This document shows, piece after piece, positions 24,237 through 35,073 of a stretch of DNA of 64,000 nt; within the stretch, counting starts at the first letter, position 1, and every line of letters begins with the position of its first letter. Below the pieces are notes generated by a model that ran no database searches, was not told where the DNA came from, and was given only the letters and a program-made list of their open reading frames with translations. The position numbers and the translations under genes were made by a program. Source of the DNA: Patescibacteria group bacterium (GTDB lineage: Bacteria > Patescibacteriota > JABMPQ01); contig JBGTBM010000010.1 in the NCBI GenBank assembly GCA_041749335.1, positions 68,533-132,532 of the forward strand, written 5' to 3'.

Positions 24237-26291
24237 TTATAACCCCAATTCTGTGCTAATTTCCTGCATTGATTTTATACTAATTTCAATAAATTCATCT
24301 AGAGTTAGTCCAATTTTTTCACATTCCGAAATTCTTGCTCGATCAATATTGGCAGCAAATGATTTATCTTTTAATTTCTTTTTAACAGATGAAGTTTTCA
24401 GCTGATTAATATTTTTATCCGGCCGCACTAAAACAGCAGCATAGATTATTCCAGTAATAGCCTCCGAACACGCCAACGCATAATCTAAATCAGTCTCTCG
24501 GGATTTTTCTCCAGCATATTCATAATTGTGGGCCTTTATGGCGTTAATGCCGACTTCCGGAAAATTTATTTCATTTAATATTTTTTCTGATTGCTTGGTA
24601 TGTTGATCCGGCTCCTCCTTGGTCTTTTCCCAATCAATATCATGAAGCAAGCCAACCATGCCCCATAAGTCTTCATTTTTTCCCAGCTTTTTTGCCAAAG
24701 ATCGCATAATGACTTCGGTCTCTCTGGAATGTAATAAATTTTTTTTCTCTTTTATGTATTTATTCAATAATTGCTTGCCAATTTCTCTTTTGATATTAAA
24801 TTTTTGATTCTCTAAATTATCGCCTTGTACAATATTTGTGTTCTTGGGTCTCATTAGGGGAAAAATAACTGTCTCTCTGATAGGTTTATCCACTAAATAA
24901 GAAAATAGTCTTTCTGAAAGTCCAAAGCCACAAGTAGGCGGCATTCCATATTCCAATGCTTCGACAAAATCCTTATCATGCATTTGTGCTTCTTCGTCTC
25001 CCGATTTTCTTAGTTCTGCCTGTTGCTTAAATCTATTTTCTTGATCAATCGGATCATTAAGCTCGGAATATCCGTTGCCAAGCTCGCTGCCGGCTATAAT
25101 AATTTGAAATCTCTCGACTAGCCTATTATCATCTTCTTTACGCTTTGATAAAGGAGAAACCTCAACAGGATGATTAATTATAAACGCCGGTCCAGAAATT
25201 TCTTTTCTTAATTTCTTCCATAAAATATCCATCAATCTTCCTTTAGCTATCTTTTTTTCAATTTTTATATCTAATTCTTCGCATTTTTTTTGTAAATCAG
25301 CTTCTGAGGCCTCTAATACATCAATCCCGAGTTTTTGCTTGATTTCCGATGCATAGTCAAGTTGAGTCCATCTTTGTGCAAAATCAATATCGTAACCTTT
25401 AATCTTGAATTTTAATGTACCAAAAGTTTTCTTAATTATCTCTTTATACATTTCTTCCGTAAGCTTCATTCCATCTTTATAGTCAGCATAAGCCATATAA
25501 AATTCCATTTGCGTATAATCCTGTAAATGTTCAGTGTCTATTCCTTCGTTTCTAAATTGCCTGCCTATTTCAAATGTTTTCTCATAGCCTGCAATCATTA
25601 ATTTCTTTTGCCATAGTTCACCCATTGATATTCTCAGATATAGATCAATATTTAACGCATTGTGATGAGTTTTAAAGGGTTTTGCATCAGCACCCCCCGG
25701 TGTTACCTCTAAAACAGGAGTTTCTACCTCTAAAAAGCCTTTCTGTATCAAAAAACGACGTATATTTTGCCAAAATAAAGCTTTTTTCTTAAAAATATCT
25801 TTTAATTGCGGATTAAATAGAATATCTAAATACCTTTTTCTTAATTTTTCCTCTTCGTCTTTAATTCCATGCCATTTTTCAGGCAATGATTTTAATGCTT
25901 TTGCCAGAATACTATATTCTTTTACCATCAAAGTTTTTTCACCTTTTTTAGTGATAAATAAATGCCCCGCAACCTGCAAATAATCACCAACCTCAATCGC
26001 GCGCAAAAGCCGATATTTTTCTTTTCCTACTTCTTTTTCACTAAAAAATATTTGGATATTTCCACTGCCATCCTCAAGATTAGAAAATGTTGCCTTGCCG
26101 TGCCGGCGCATTAATCTTAAGCGCCCGCATAAAATAATTTCAACTGCCAATAAATCTTCAAAATTATTTATTACTTCATTGATCATATTAGTCCTTTCGC
26201 CCCTTGAGGGATATGGATTAATTTTATGATCTTTAATCGTTTCTAAATTCTGCTTGCGAATTTCTTCAATATTTTTACTATTTTGTAGCAT
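24237..26291 (-). CDS. lysS: Lysyl-tRNA synthetase (class II) fused to a C-terminal HD-domain phosphohydrolase module.
   Basis: OB-fold anticodon domain, then class II motifs FEIGRQFRNEGID...MEFYMAY and ...GFGLSERL...FPLMRP (about aa 1-495). An extra ~190 aa follow with LLHSRE...(28 aa)...GLLHDIDW...H...H...D, which is an HD signature. Confidence 0.85.
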   Translation of the reverse strand: MLQNSKNIEEIRKQNLETIKDHKINPYPSRGERTNMINEVINNFEDLLAVEIILCGRLRLMRRHGKATFSNLEDGSGNIQIFFSEKEVGKEKYRLLRAIEVGDYLQVAGHLFITKKGEKTLMVKEYSILAKALKSLPEKWHGIKDEEEKLRKRYLDILFNPQLKDIFKKKALFWQNIRRFLIQKGFLEVETPVLEVTPGGADAKPFKTHHNALNIDLYLRISMGELWQKKLMIAGYEKTFEIGRQFRNEGIDTEHLQDYTQMEFYMAYADYKDGMKLTEEMYKEIIKKTFGTLKFKIKGYDIDFAQRWTQLDYASEIKQKLGIDVLEASEADLQKKCEELDIKIEKKIAKGRLMDILWKKLRKEISGPAFIINHPVEVSPLSKRKEDDNRLVERFQIIIAGSELGNGYSELNDPIDQENRFKQQAELRKSGDEEAQMHDKDFVEALEYGMPPTCGFGLSERLFSYLVDKPIRETVIFPLMRPKNTNIVQGDNLENQKFNIKREIGKQLLNKYIKEKKNLLHSRETEVIMRSLAKKLGKNEDLWGMVGLLHDIDWEKTKEEPDQHTKQSEKILNEINFPEVGINAIKAHNYEYAGEKSRETDLDYALACSEAITGIIYAAVLVRPDKNINQLKTSSVKKKLKDKSFAANIDRARISECEKIGLTLDEFIEISIKSMQEISTELGL

Positions 26292-26371
26292 ATAATAGTT
26301 TTAACAAAAAATTAACCTACAATAGTAGATTAATTTAATTATAACAAAATCTTTGTTATTTAAAATGCTTT

Positions 26372-26830
26372 TTATTTAATCCCCAGCACCTCATATTTTA
26401 CAGTTCCGGCGGGAGTCGCAACCTCTACTACTTCTCCGACCTTTTTACCTATAAAAGCTTTTCCCAAAGGAGATTCGTTGGATATTCTTCCTTGAGCGGG
26501 ATCAACTTCCGAAGAACCTACGATGGAATATTTAATAACATTTTCATCAGATTTCAGAGTTACAGTACAGCCAATATCTACGGATTGTGAACTTTTTTTC
26601 TTTTTTATAATCACGGCGTTTTTGATTTTTTCTTCAATTTCCGCAATTTTTCCTTCGACAAAAGCCTGATCTTCTTTAGCCTCCGAATATTCACCACTTT
26701 CTGATATATCGCCTTCTTCTAATGCTTTCTTTATCCTTTCCGAAACCTCTTTTCTTCTGACTTTCTTTAAATAATTTAAATCTTCTTTTAATTTTTCCAA
26801 CCCTTCCTGCGAAATGTAAAGCTCCTTCAT
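26372..26830 (-). CDS. greA: Transcription elongation factor GreA.
   Basis: N-terminal coiled coil and a C-terminal FKBP-like domain with the motif PLGKAFIGKKVGE. Confidence 0.85.
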   Translation of the reverse strand: MKELYISQEGLEKLKEDLNYLKKVRRKEVSERIKKALEEGDISESGEYSEAKEDQAFVEGKIAEIEEKIKNAVIIKKKKSSQSVDIGCTVTLKSDENVIKYSIVGSSEVDPAQGRISNESPLGKAFIGKKVGEVVEVATPAGTVKYEVLGIK

Positions 26831-26894
26831 ATAATGTATTTTATTTGTTGTAAATTACCTATAACATAATGAATAATACAATAAACATTCGCTG

Positions 26895-27749
26895 TCAACT
26901 TAGTTTATCCACATTGTTATTTTTAGCAGTTATTATAACATTTTGTAGCAATTTTGCAACTGTCACCGGCCCAATACCTCCGGGCACTGGAGTTATCATA
27001 GTTGCTTTTTTTGAAACTTCCGCAAAATTAACATCTCCATATATTTTTTTTCTGATTAGCGTTGTGCCCGCATCTAAAATAATCACCTTATCCTTTACCA
27101 TTGTACCGTTAATTAAATTCCTTTTACCAACTGCCGTTATTAGTATATCAGCTTGATTAGTATAACTTTTTAGATTACGAGTGAACTTGCCACACAAAGT
27201 AATAGTATTATGCTGCTGAGTCAGAATTATACTCAAGGGCTTGCCCACCAATTCTCCTCTTCCCACTATTACTATATGCTTGTTTTTTAAATTAATATTA
27301 TACGATTTTATAAATTCCATAATGGCCGCGGGTGTCGGCGGTATTATCACGGCAACATCGGCAGCCAACTTACCTAAATTTTTTGAAGTTAAACAATCAA
27401 TATCAATATCTTCCCTAATATTTTCCAATATTCTTCTTGCATTGATTTTAGGAGGCAGAGGAAGCTGCACTATTAAACCTGACAAATTTTTGTCAGACTG
27501 TATGACATCAAGTTTCTGGCATAATTTTTCTTCAGCTATATTAGCAGAAAACTTAAAAAGTTCAAATTTTATTCCAACACTTTTACATAGCTCCTCCTTT
27601 TTATGAATAAAACTCATTGAAGCTTTATCATTTCCAACCAATAAAGCAGCAAGTTTTGGATCAATGCCATGGCTTTTTAATTTATGCACATCGCGCTTGA
27701 TCTGCTTAATAATTTTATTAGCCAATTTTATTCCATCTAATATTTTCAT
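26895..27749 (-). CDS. folD: Bifunctional methylene-THF dehydrogenase/methenyl-THF cyclohydrolase FolD.
   Basis: MKILDGIKLA..., VGRGELVGKPL, and PVPGGIGPVT. Confidence 0.85.
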   Translation of the reverse strand: MKILDGIKLANKIIKQIKRDVHKLKSHGIDPKLAALLVGNDKASMSFIHKKEELCKSVGIKFELFKFSANIAEEKLCQKLDVIQSDKNLSGLIVQLPLPPKINARRILENIREDIDIDCLTSKNLGKLAADVAVIIPPTPAAIMEFIKSYNINLKNKHIVIVGRGELVGKPLSIILTQQHNTITLCGKFTRNLKSYTNQADILITAVGKRNLINGTMVKDKVIILDAGTTLIRKKIYGDVNFAEVSKKATMITPVPGGIGPVTVAKLLQNVIITAKNNNVDKLS

Positions 27750-27751
27750 AT

Positions 27752-29710
27752 TTATTTTTCTTTTTTATTATTATAATACCAGTTTAATATTTCTCCAGCG
27801 ATTGGGACAGCAATGTCGCTTCCTTCTCCTCCTTCTTCCACCAAAACGGTTATTACAATCTCGGGATTTTCATAAGGAGCAAAGGATGTGTACCAAGCAT
27901 GATGATCTTCTTCGCTGCCGGAATGTTGAGCGGTACCAGTTTTACCGGCGTTTGAAATCGGTAAAGTACCTAGCATTCTAGCGCTTCCCGAAAGTACCGT
28001 TTCCCTCATTCCACGTCTGGCGATATCAACGCTATTATCACTAACAAAATTTTCCCTGATAATCTTTGGCACAATTTCTTTAACATTACCGTTTTTTTCA
28101 ATTATTTTTTTTACTACGTGCGGCTGATATATCGTACCCCCATTGGCAATCGTCGCAGTCCATAAAGCAACTTGTATCGGAGTAGTTAAAACATCCCCCT
28201 GGCCAATCGCCATGTGATAAGTATCCCCCAAATACCATTGCTCGCCGATATTTTTTTCTTTCCACTCCGGATTGGGAATTAATCCATCCTTTTCTCCCGG
28301 GATATCAATTCCGGTTTTTTCACCTAAATTAAATTTATGATAGTATTCACCTAATTTTTCTACTCCTAGACCCTCCATGTCTTCAAATCCTCCCCCCACT
28401 TCATAAAAATAAATATCTGATGATTTCGCTATTGCGCTAAAAATATTCATTGGCCCCAATCCGGCTAAATCCCATCCGACAAACTTATAGACAATATCCG
28501 GATTATATTTATGGGGCACTGATATTGAGCCGGTATCATTTATAATTGTATCAGCGGTCACCACTCCTTCATCAAGAGCGGCAATTGCCACTACTGGCTT
28601 AATTGTAGATCCGGGAGGATATAATCCGCTTACAGCTCGATTAAACAATGGTTTGTCTTGATCATTTGTTAAGCTTGAATATTGTTCGTCTGATATGCCT
28701 TGAGCAAATAAATTATTATCATATTGCGGCATGTTAACCAATGCTATAATTTCACCCGAATTCGGATCCATAGCCACAACTACTGCGCGATTGGTTTTTA
28801 CTGTCAATAATTTGCTTTGAACAATCTCACTAATTTTATTTTGCATTTCTTGATCAATAGATAAGATCAAATCTTTACCAGCTTCCGGCTGATTAACCGC
28901 CACCACTTCTTTAATCTTGCCCTTTGAATCAACTTCTACTTGCTCGCGACCCACCCGGCCCCGCATTTCACTTTCATAATAATATTCCAAACCATTTTTA
29001 CCAACCCAATCATTAAACAAATATTCATTTTGGTCCAGTTGCTCCATTTCTTTTTCAGTCGTTTTGCCAGTATATCCAATCAAGTGAGCAAAATTTTTAG
29101 AATCTTGGTATTCCCTGATTGCGTTAATTTCAATGTTCACACCCGGCATATGATTAAGATCTATCATTAACTGCAATGCTTGATCTCTATCAATATTTCT
29201 TTTAAATGTTATTGAATTATAACTCCTCGTCTGTTCGCTTGCTAAAATATTATTTAATTCTTCATCGCTTATAGCCACTTGATCGCGTAAACTTAATATT
29301 AAGTTTTTCTTTTCTTCTTCATCTTTCGGTAAATCGGCCGGTATCAAAACTATATCAAAACTGGGAACATTTCTTATGAGTATATTTTTATTTCGATCAT
29401 ATATAATTCCACGACTTGGCCTTTTAACATGTATACGATATCTATTTTCCTCTGCCGCCTCCTGAAATTCTTCACCGGTAATAATTTGCATATGAAATAA
29501 ACGCCCACCGAATAATATAAAAATAATAAATAATATATAAGAAAGCCATTTAAATTTCTTGTAGTTAAATAGCGGCTTGATCGTTTTTACTTCCTGGGTT
29601 TCACCCTTGCCCTTAATCAACGCCTCATCCCAATCCTCCTCAAACTCATCCTGCACTTCTTTAAATTCACGACCCTCTATACTGTCCAATTCAAATGGGT
29701 TATTTTTCAT
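27752..29710 (-). CDS. mrdA: Penicillin-binding protein 2 (elongasome transpeptidase).
   Basis: STIKP (SxxK), SGS and KTGT motifs, an N-terminal TM helix, and a position directly downstream of mreBCD. Confidence 0.8.
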   Translation of the reverse strand: MKNNPFELDSIEGREFKEVQDEFEEDWDEALIKGKGETQEVKTIKPLFNYKKFKWLSYILFIIFILFGGRLFHMQIITGEEFQEAAEENRYRIHVKRPSRGIIYDRNKNILIRNVPSFDIVLIPADLPKDEEEKKNLILSLRDQVAISDEELNNILASEQTRSYNSITFKRNIDRDQALQLMIDLNHMPGVNIEINAIREYQDSKNFAHLIGYTGKTTEKEMEQLDQNEYLFNDWVGKNGLEYYYESEMRGRVGREQVEVDSKGKIKEVVAVNQPEAGKDLILSIDQEMQNKISEIVQSKLLTVKTNRAVVVAMDPNSGEIIALVNMPQYDNNLFAQGISDEQYSSLTNDQDKPLFNRAVSGLYPPGSTIKPVVAIAALDEGVVTADTIINDTGSISVPHKYNPDIVYKFVGWDLAGLGPMNIFSAIAKSSDIYFYEVGGGFEDMEGLGVEKLGEYYHKFNLGEKTGIDIPGEKDGLIPNPEWKEKNIGEQWYLGDTYHMAIGQGDVLTTPIQVALWTATIANGGTIYQPHVVKKIIEKNGNVKEIVPKIIRENFVSDNSVDIARRGMRETVLSGSARMLGTLPISNAGKTGTAQHSGSEEDHHAWYTSFAPYENPEIVITVLVEEGGEGSDIAVPIAGEILNWYYNNKKEK

Positions 29711-30240
29711 AGTAATCTAGTCTCCAATTTTTTTTCCACTCTTATCAGCCATTCATTAAAATAACCGATAAGAGGGAATATCACTATTATCAAAATTGAA
29801 TTAATCGCAGTGCTAGCGGCTACTATCAATATGATTCTCCAGTTAATATGCAATAAATTATCTGATAATTTCATTAAATCAAACAAAACGGAAAAAATTA
29901 TTAAAGTAATATAATATGTTAAGGACGCTATTCCTGCCAAAAGTATTTTTGAGTATACTTTCCCAAATTCCAGCGAGAATGATATTAAATATATAACCAG
30001 TACGGTAGCTATTAAACTAATCGCGCTTAAACCAAAACTTTTTGCCGAAAATAAATCCAACATAAAACCGCCAGCGACCGACCAAATGCATGCCTCTAAA
30101 TAATTCTCCAACAAACAAAAACTTACCACTATAACCAAAAATAATTCTGGGAAAATTCCCCAGACTGACACATTGGGAAATACCGCCGTTTGTATAATAA
30201 CCGCCAAAAATAATAAAATAATTAATACTAGCCTTTTCAT
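29707..30240 (-). CDS. mreD: Rod-shape-determining protein MreD (polytopic membrane).
   Basis: 177-aa hydrophobic protein positioned between mreC and mrdA. Confidence 0.55.
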   Translation of the reverse strand: MKRLVLIILLFLAVIIQTAVFPNVSVWGIFPELFLVIVVSFCLLENYLEACIWSVAGGFMLDLFSAKSFGLSAISLIATVLVIYLISFSLEFGKVYSKILLAGIASLTYYITLIIFSVLFDLMKLSDNLLHINWRIILIVAASTAINSILIIVIFPLIGYFNEWLIRVEKKLETRLL

Positions 30241-31047
30241 TTAATTTTTTACCACAAATACTATTTTTAAATCCTGAAAATTTATCAACGGTTTAATTCT
30301 GGCTTTTTGAAACAATTCGTTATCGGCGTTAGCAACGCTCTCCACTTCACCGATAAGCAGATCTTTAGGAAATTTTTCTCCCAGGCCGGAAGTCGTCACT
30401 AAATCTCCTTTTTTAATCACCTTATTCTGTGGAATTAAATCCATAATTATAGCAAGATTATGCTCACCACTAACTATTCCGGTTGCCCCCGAGTCAATAA
30501 TTTCTGCATTTATTTTACTGCGTGAATCGATTGTTAAAATTACAGTCGAATTATAATCGCTTGCCTCATAAATCTGACCAACCAATATTCCATCGGCAAC
30601 GATAACCGGCATTCCCTTATCTACTCCATCTTTTTCCCCTTTGTCTATACCAAAAGAAGCATAAAGATTTGAAGGATCTTTTTCTACTATATAGGATGAA
30701 ATTAATATTTCTTTGTTTTCTTTAACAAAGCCGAGCTGATCTCTTAACGTTTTATTTTCATTTTCTAATTGCTTCATCTTGGACCGCTCCACATATAACT
30801 CTTGTACCTTGCTTTTTAGCTTATTATTTTCCGACTCAAGATCGCGAATAGACACTATTAATCCAAAAAATTCTGATACGCTTTTTGTCTTATCATAAAA
30901 ATAAGACTGCATTGGCGATAAAGCAGCCTTTATATATCCTTCAATTGGTTTAGTAATTCCGGCAATATGAAACACAACCAGTAAAACAATTATAACAATG
31001 CTGGCAATAAATATATATAAGTTGTTATTTGATGTTTTAAGAGTCAT
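30241..31047 (-). CDS. mreC: Rod-shape-determining protein MreC.
   Basis: TM helix, a coiled coil (LESENNKLKSKVQELYVE...), a beta-barrel domain, and a position after mreB. Confidence 0.75.
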   Translation of the reverse strand: MTLKTSNNNLYIFIASIVIIVLLVVFHIAGITKPIEGYIKAALSPMQSYFYDKTKSVSEFFGLIVSIRDLESENNKLKSKVQELYVERSKMKQLENENKTLRDQLGFVKENKEILISSYIVEKDPSNLYASFGIDKGEKDGVDKGMPVIVADGILVGQIYEASDYNSTVILTIDSRSKINAEIIDSGATGIVSGEHNLAIIMDLIPQNKVIKKGDLVTTSGLGEKFPKDLLIGEVESVANADNELFQKARIKPLINFQDLKIVFVVKN

Positions 31048-31055
31048 TTCCGATA

Positions 31056-32114
31056 TTATTTCGGTACTATTTCATCTCCCATAGTAACCAAAACATCTTT
31101 TAAATTATCAATATCTTCTAATATCACTCCAGTGCCTCTTACTACACAGGTCAACGGATCATTGGCTAAATATACTGGCATTAAGGTTTGTTCCGAAATT
31201 AACTTATCCAGACCTCTCAATAAACTTCCTCCTCCCGCTATAATTATTCCCTTTTTCATAATATCTGATAACAATTCCGGAGGAGTCTCCTCAATGGTCA
31301 TTTTTACATTATCTACAATATGGTATACCGATCTGGAAATTGCCTTACGCACATCTTCATCATTGACTTTAATTTCTTTTGGCAATCCAGTAATTAAATC
31401 TCTACCCCTCATTGAAGTTTCTAGCGGCTCTTTTAATTTACACGCAGATCCAATAGCTATCTTTATTTCTTCTGCTGTTCTTTCACCTAGTAATATATTA
31501 AATTCTTCTCGCGCATATTGAATAATATTTTCGTTCATTTCATCCCCGGCAATCCTTAAGGATTTTGAAGTCACAATTCCGCCCAAAGATATTACTGCGA
31601 TTTCTGTCGTCCCTCCCCCAATGTCAACTATCATGCTTCCAGCCGCGTCCTGTATGGGCAAGCGAGCGCCGATAGCCGCAGCCATGGGTTCTTCTACCAA
31701 AAACGTCTGCCTAGCGCCTGCATTCTTTGCCGCATCTTCTACAGCCTTTTTTTCCACCTCAGTTACGCCAGAAGGAATACCGATTACTACTCTAGGGCGT
31801 GGAAATATAGTAAATCCCCCTTGATGAACTTTTTCGATAAAATATTTAAGCATTTGTTCAGTAGTTTCAAAATCTGAAACAACGCCATCTACCAAGGGGC
31901 GAGAGACAATAATATGAGAAGGTGTTTTCCCAACCATTTTTCGTGCTTCACTGCCAATTGCCAAAATCTGTCCGGTTCTTTTATTAATCGCCACTACTGA
32001 AGGCTCATTGATGACAATGCCTTCATCCTTTGTATAAACCAAGGTATTGGCGGTTCCCAAATCAATCCCAATATCCTTAGAAAATCTTCCCAATATATTA
32101 TTTAAAATTGACAT
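31056..32114 (-). CDS. mreB: Actin-like rod-shape protein MreB (copy 1).
   Basis: Actin-fold motifs DLGTANT, GxP, and DIGGGTTE. Confidence 0.9.
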   Translation of the reverse strand: MSILNNILGRFSKDIGIDLGTANTLVYTKDEGIVINEPSVVAINKRTGQILAIGSEARKMVGKTPSHIIVSRPLVDGVVSDFETTEQMLKYFIEKVHQGGFTIFPRPRVVIGIPSGVTEVEKKAVEDAAKNAGARQTFLVEEPMAAAIGARLPIQDAAGSMIVDIGGGTTEIAVISLGGIVTSKSLRIAGDEMNENIIQYAREEFNILLGERTAEEIKIAIGSACKLKEPLETSMRGRDLITGLPKEIKVNDEDVRKAISRSVYHIVDNVKMTIEETPPELLSDIMKKGIIIAGGGSLLRGLDKLISEQTLMPVYLANDPLTCVVRGTGVILEDIDNLKDVLVTMGDEIVPK

Positions 32115-32127
32115 ATCTTATTTATTC

Positions 32128-33420
32128 TTAGTCTTGATAAAATTCTTGAACTACCTTGAGTAAATCTTTTATTCCAATGACTACAATTTCCCGGGTATCT
32201 CGATATTTGATTTCACACTTTCCCAAGTTAAGATTTTTTTCTCCTAAAATCAATTGAATCGGTATACCAATAAGATCTGCATCATAAAACTTTTCACCTG
32301 CACGAATTTCACGTCGGTCATCATATAATACCTCTATTCCATTTTCTTGTAAAGTGTTATATATTTCTTCAGCTTTCGCTGTAACAGCTTTGTTTTTTGA
32401 AAATATTTCTAACAAATGTATTTGATATGGAGTTATCTCTTTTGGCCAAATTATTCCTTGATCGTCATTTCTTACTTCCACAACGGTGCCCATTAACCGA
32501 CCCGGTCCAATTCCATAAGCGCCCATAATTACCGGCTTTTTTTGCCCATCCTTATCAATAAAATTCAATTCAAGCGGTTCGGAAAACCTGGCTTGCTGCT
32601 TAAAAATATTTCCTACTTCAATAGATTTTTTCTCTACTAAATTTTTTCTGTTCAAGCCGATATCATCTAACACTTCGTCCGTCATTACTTCCTTATTAAC
32701 CGCTAATTTTCTATTTTCATCCAAATAAATTATATCTTCCCCGGCATCAGAGATTGTTTGAAATTCATGCGAATATTTTGAAAATGTCCCACCGGATGCA
32801 AATGTCAGATAGGTAATTTTTCCGATTCCACATTTTTGAAAAATATTTATATAAGCCTGTTTAGCTTTTTCATAAAATAAATCCAGTTCTTCCCTTGAAG
32901 ACGTAAAGGAATATAAATCTTTCATTAAAAACTCACGAGCGCGCATAATGCCGCTTTTAGCTCTTTTTTCATTTCTAAATTTTGTTTGAATTTGATAAAT
33001 ATAAAGCGGCAGATCTTTATATGAACTAATATAATTTTTCATTAATCTCGCCAAAGGTTCTTCGTGAGTAAATCCCAAACCCAATTCGGACTTATTTTTT
33101 AATTTCGTTTTAAACCAATTATCTACTATCTGGTCGCTCCAGCGATTGGTTTTTTCCCAAATAGTTTTATCCTGCAGAGAAGACATAAATATCTCTTGCC
33201 CGCCAATTTGATTGATCTCTTCACGAATTATACCATTGATTTTATTCATTACCCTAAGCCCCAAAGACAGCAAATCATATACGCCCGCCATTTCTTTATA
33301 AATAAAACCGGCGCGCATCAATAATTGAGCATTTTTGCTTATTTCATCACTGGAAATATCTTTTTTAGTTTTTGTAAACAAAATACTTTGCTTCACTTTT
33401 ATCCTCTTAGCCTTTCCCAA
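32128..33420 (-). CDS. proS: Prolyl-tRNA synthetase, a minimal form without the INS editing insertion.
   Basis: LLMRAGFI...GVYDLLSLGLRVMNKINGIIREE matches the ProRS N-terminus, with class II motifs and only 430 aa. Confidence 0.8.
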   Translation of the reverse strand: MGKAKRIKVKQSILFTKTKKDISSDEISKNAQLLMRAGFIYKEMAGVYDLLSLGLRVMNKINGIIREEINQIGGQEIFMSSLQDKTIWEKTNRWSDQIVDNWFKTKLKNKSELGLGFTHEEPLARLMKNYISSYKDLPLYIYQIQTKFRNEKRAKSGIMRAREFLMKDLYSFTSSREELDLFYEKAKQAYINIFQKCGIGKITYLTFASGGTFSKYSHEFQTISDAGEDIIYLDENRKLAVNKEVMTDEVLDDIGLNRKNLVEKKSIEVGNIFKQQARFSEPLELNFIDKDGQKKPVIMGAYGIGPGRLMGTVVEVRNDDQGIIWPKEITPYQIHLLEIFSKNKAVTAKAEEIYNTLQENGIEVLYDDRREIRAGEKFYDADLIGIPIQLILGEKNLNLGKCEIKYRDTREIVVIGIKDLLKVVQEFYQD

Positions 33421-34502
33421 AAATTTATAAATATATCTTTAAATTTAAAAATGTCTCTAAAGGTTACCAATATCATCAATGCAATCAATATAACAAATCC
33501 GGCCGCATGAATCATGTTCTCAGTTTTCTTTTTTACTTTTTTTCCTCTAATTTTTTCTAATATTAAGAACATCATCCGTCCGCCATCAAGAGCCGGAAAG
33601 GGCAAAAAATTCAAAATAGCTAAATTTATGCTAAGAATAGCAGTAAATTGCAAAATATAGACAAAACCCAACTTAGCCATTTGACCGGTCATAACCGCTA
33701 TTCCAACCGGTCCGGCCAAACCCTCAGATACTCCCTGCCCCATAAAAATATTTTTTAATATTCCAGCAAAGGCCACGATAATCGCTATTAGCATAGAAAA
33801 AGTTGCTTCAATGCCCTTCCAAATGGAAATGTGCCAGGGGTATGACACTATGCCGGTTTTTACTAACGCTATACCTGTCGCCCCCTCTCCTTCCGGAGGA
33901 TCTATTCTGGGTTTTAAAGTTAAATTTATAATTTCCTCTCCTCTTGATATTTTTACTGCAAGCTCTTTGCCCAATGAGCTATTAATTGAATCCTGGACTT
34001 GTTCAACGCTTTCAACCGGTATATCGGCAATTTCTAATATGCTATCTCCTATTATAACGCCAGCTTCTTGCGCCGGAGAGCCTTCACTGATATTTATTAT
34101 TTGCACTTTTTCATCCCTAACATTAACCTTTTCCGGACTATCCACCACAGTTGGAATCCCGACCTTGAAACAAATTATAAATAAAAAAATAGCCAGCACG
34201 ATATTCATAACCACACCGGCGGAAATAACAGCCGCCCTTATACCTACGCTCCGGCTCGCAAAACTCTTTGGGTCATCAACTTTCTCGCCGTCTTCGCCAA
34301 GTATTCTTACAAATCCGCCAATCGGCAATAAATTTATTGAATAAGTAGTATCTCCCCTCTTGATGCCAAATAATTTTGGTGGAAAGCCAAACCCAAATTC
34401 TTCTACTTTCATTCCACTTTTTTTAGCAACAATAAAATGGCCGAATTCATGTACAAATATCAATAAACCCAAAACTAATATAAAAATTATTACTGTAATC
34501 AT
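33399..34502 (-). CDS. rseP: RIP (site-2) zinc metalloprotease RseP.
   Basis: HEFGH zinc motif in TM1, a PDZ domain, and a C-terminal LDGG motif. Confidence 0.8.
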   Translation of the reverse strand: MITVIIFILVLGLLIFVHEFGHFIVAKKSGMKVEEFGFGFPPKLFGIKRGDTTYSINLLPIGGFVRILGEDGEKVDDPKSFASRSVGIRAAVISAGVVMNIVLAIFLFIICFKVGIPTVVDSPEKVNVRDEKVQIINISEGSPAQEAGVIIGDSILEIADIPVESVEQVQDSINSSLGKELAVKISRGEEIINLTLKPRIDPPEGEGATGIALVKTGIVSYPWHISIWKGIEATFSMLIAIIVAFAGILKNIFMGQGVSEGLAGPVGIAVMTGQMAKLGFVYILQFTAILSINLAILNFLPFPALDGGRMMFLILEKIRGKKVKKKTENMIHAAGFVILIALMILVTFRDIFKFKDIFINFWERLRG

Positions 34503-34506
34503 AGAT

Positions 34507-35064
34507 TTATATTTTCATTAATTCATTTTCTTTTTTTTCTTCTAATTCTTTAACCGAATTATTGAATTCTCCGATAATTTTATCTAGCTCTTCTTGCGCC
34601 TTATATTTATCATCTTCAGTAATTATACTTTCTCCTTCCAAATCCTTAATTTCTTTCCAAGCCTTTTCTCTAATATTTCTAATGGCGATACGCGCCTCCT
34701 CTGCTTTTTGACCAATCATTTTAACCAACTCTTTTCTTCTGTCTTCCGTCAATTCAGGCATAACTATTCGAATAATATCTTTATCTACATTAGCGTTGAT
34801 TCCCAAATCCGAAGCATTAATCGTTCCTTCTATGGCTTTAACGGAATTTTTGTCATATGGCTGAATAATAAAAATTCTGGGCTCGGGAATATTGATAGTA
34901 GCCAGCTGCAATAAGGGAGTTTTAGTTCCATAATAGTCTATCATTAGATTTTCGATCATGGCTGGATTCGCCTTACCTGCTTTGAGTTTTACAAACTCGT
35001 CTTTCAAATATTTAAGCGCGCTCGACATTTCATCCTTGGCAACGCTAATCTTTTCTTGATACAT
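34507..35064 (-). CDS. frr: Ribosome recycling factor.
   Basis: 185 aa with an Frr-typical sequence (IRxGRANPxxL-like, the arm/hairpin). Confidence 0.9.
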   Translation of the reverse strand: MYQEKISVAKDEMSSALKYLKDEFVKLKAGKANPAMIENLMIDYYGTKTPLLQLATINIPEPRIFIIQPYDKNSVKAIEGTINASDLGINANVDKDIIRIVMPELTEDRRKELVKMIGQKAEEARIAIRNIREKAWKEIKDLEGESIITEDDKYKAQEELDKIIGEFNNSVKELEEKKENELMKI

Positions 35065-35073
35065 ATATTTTTA

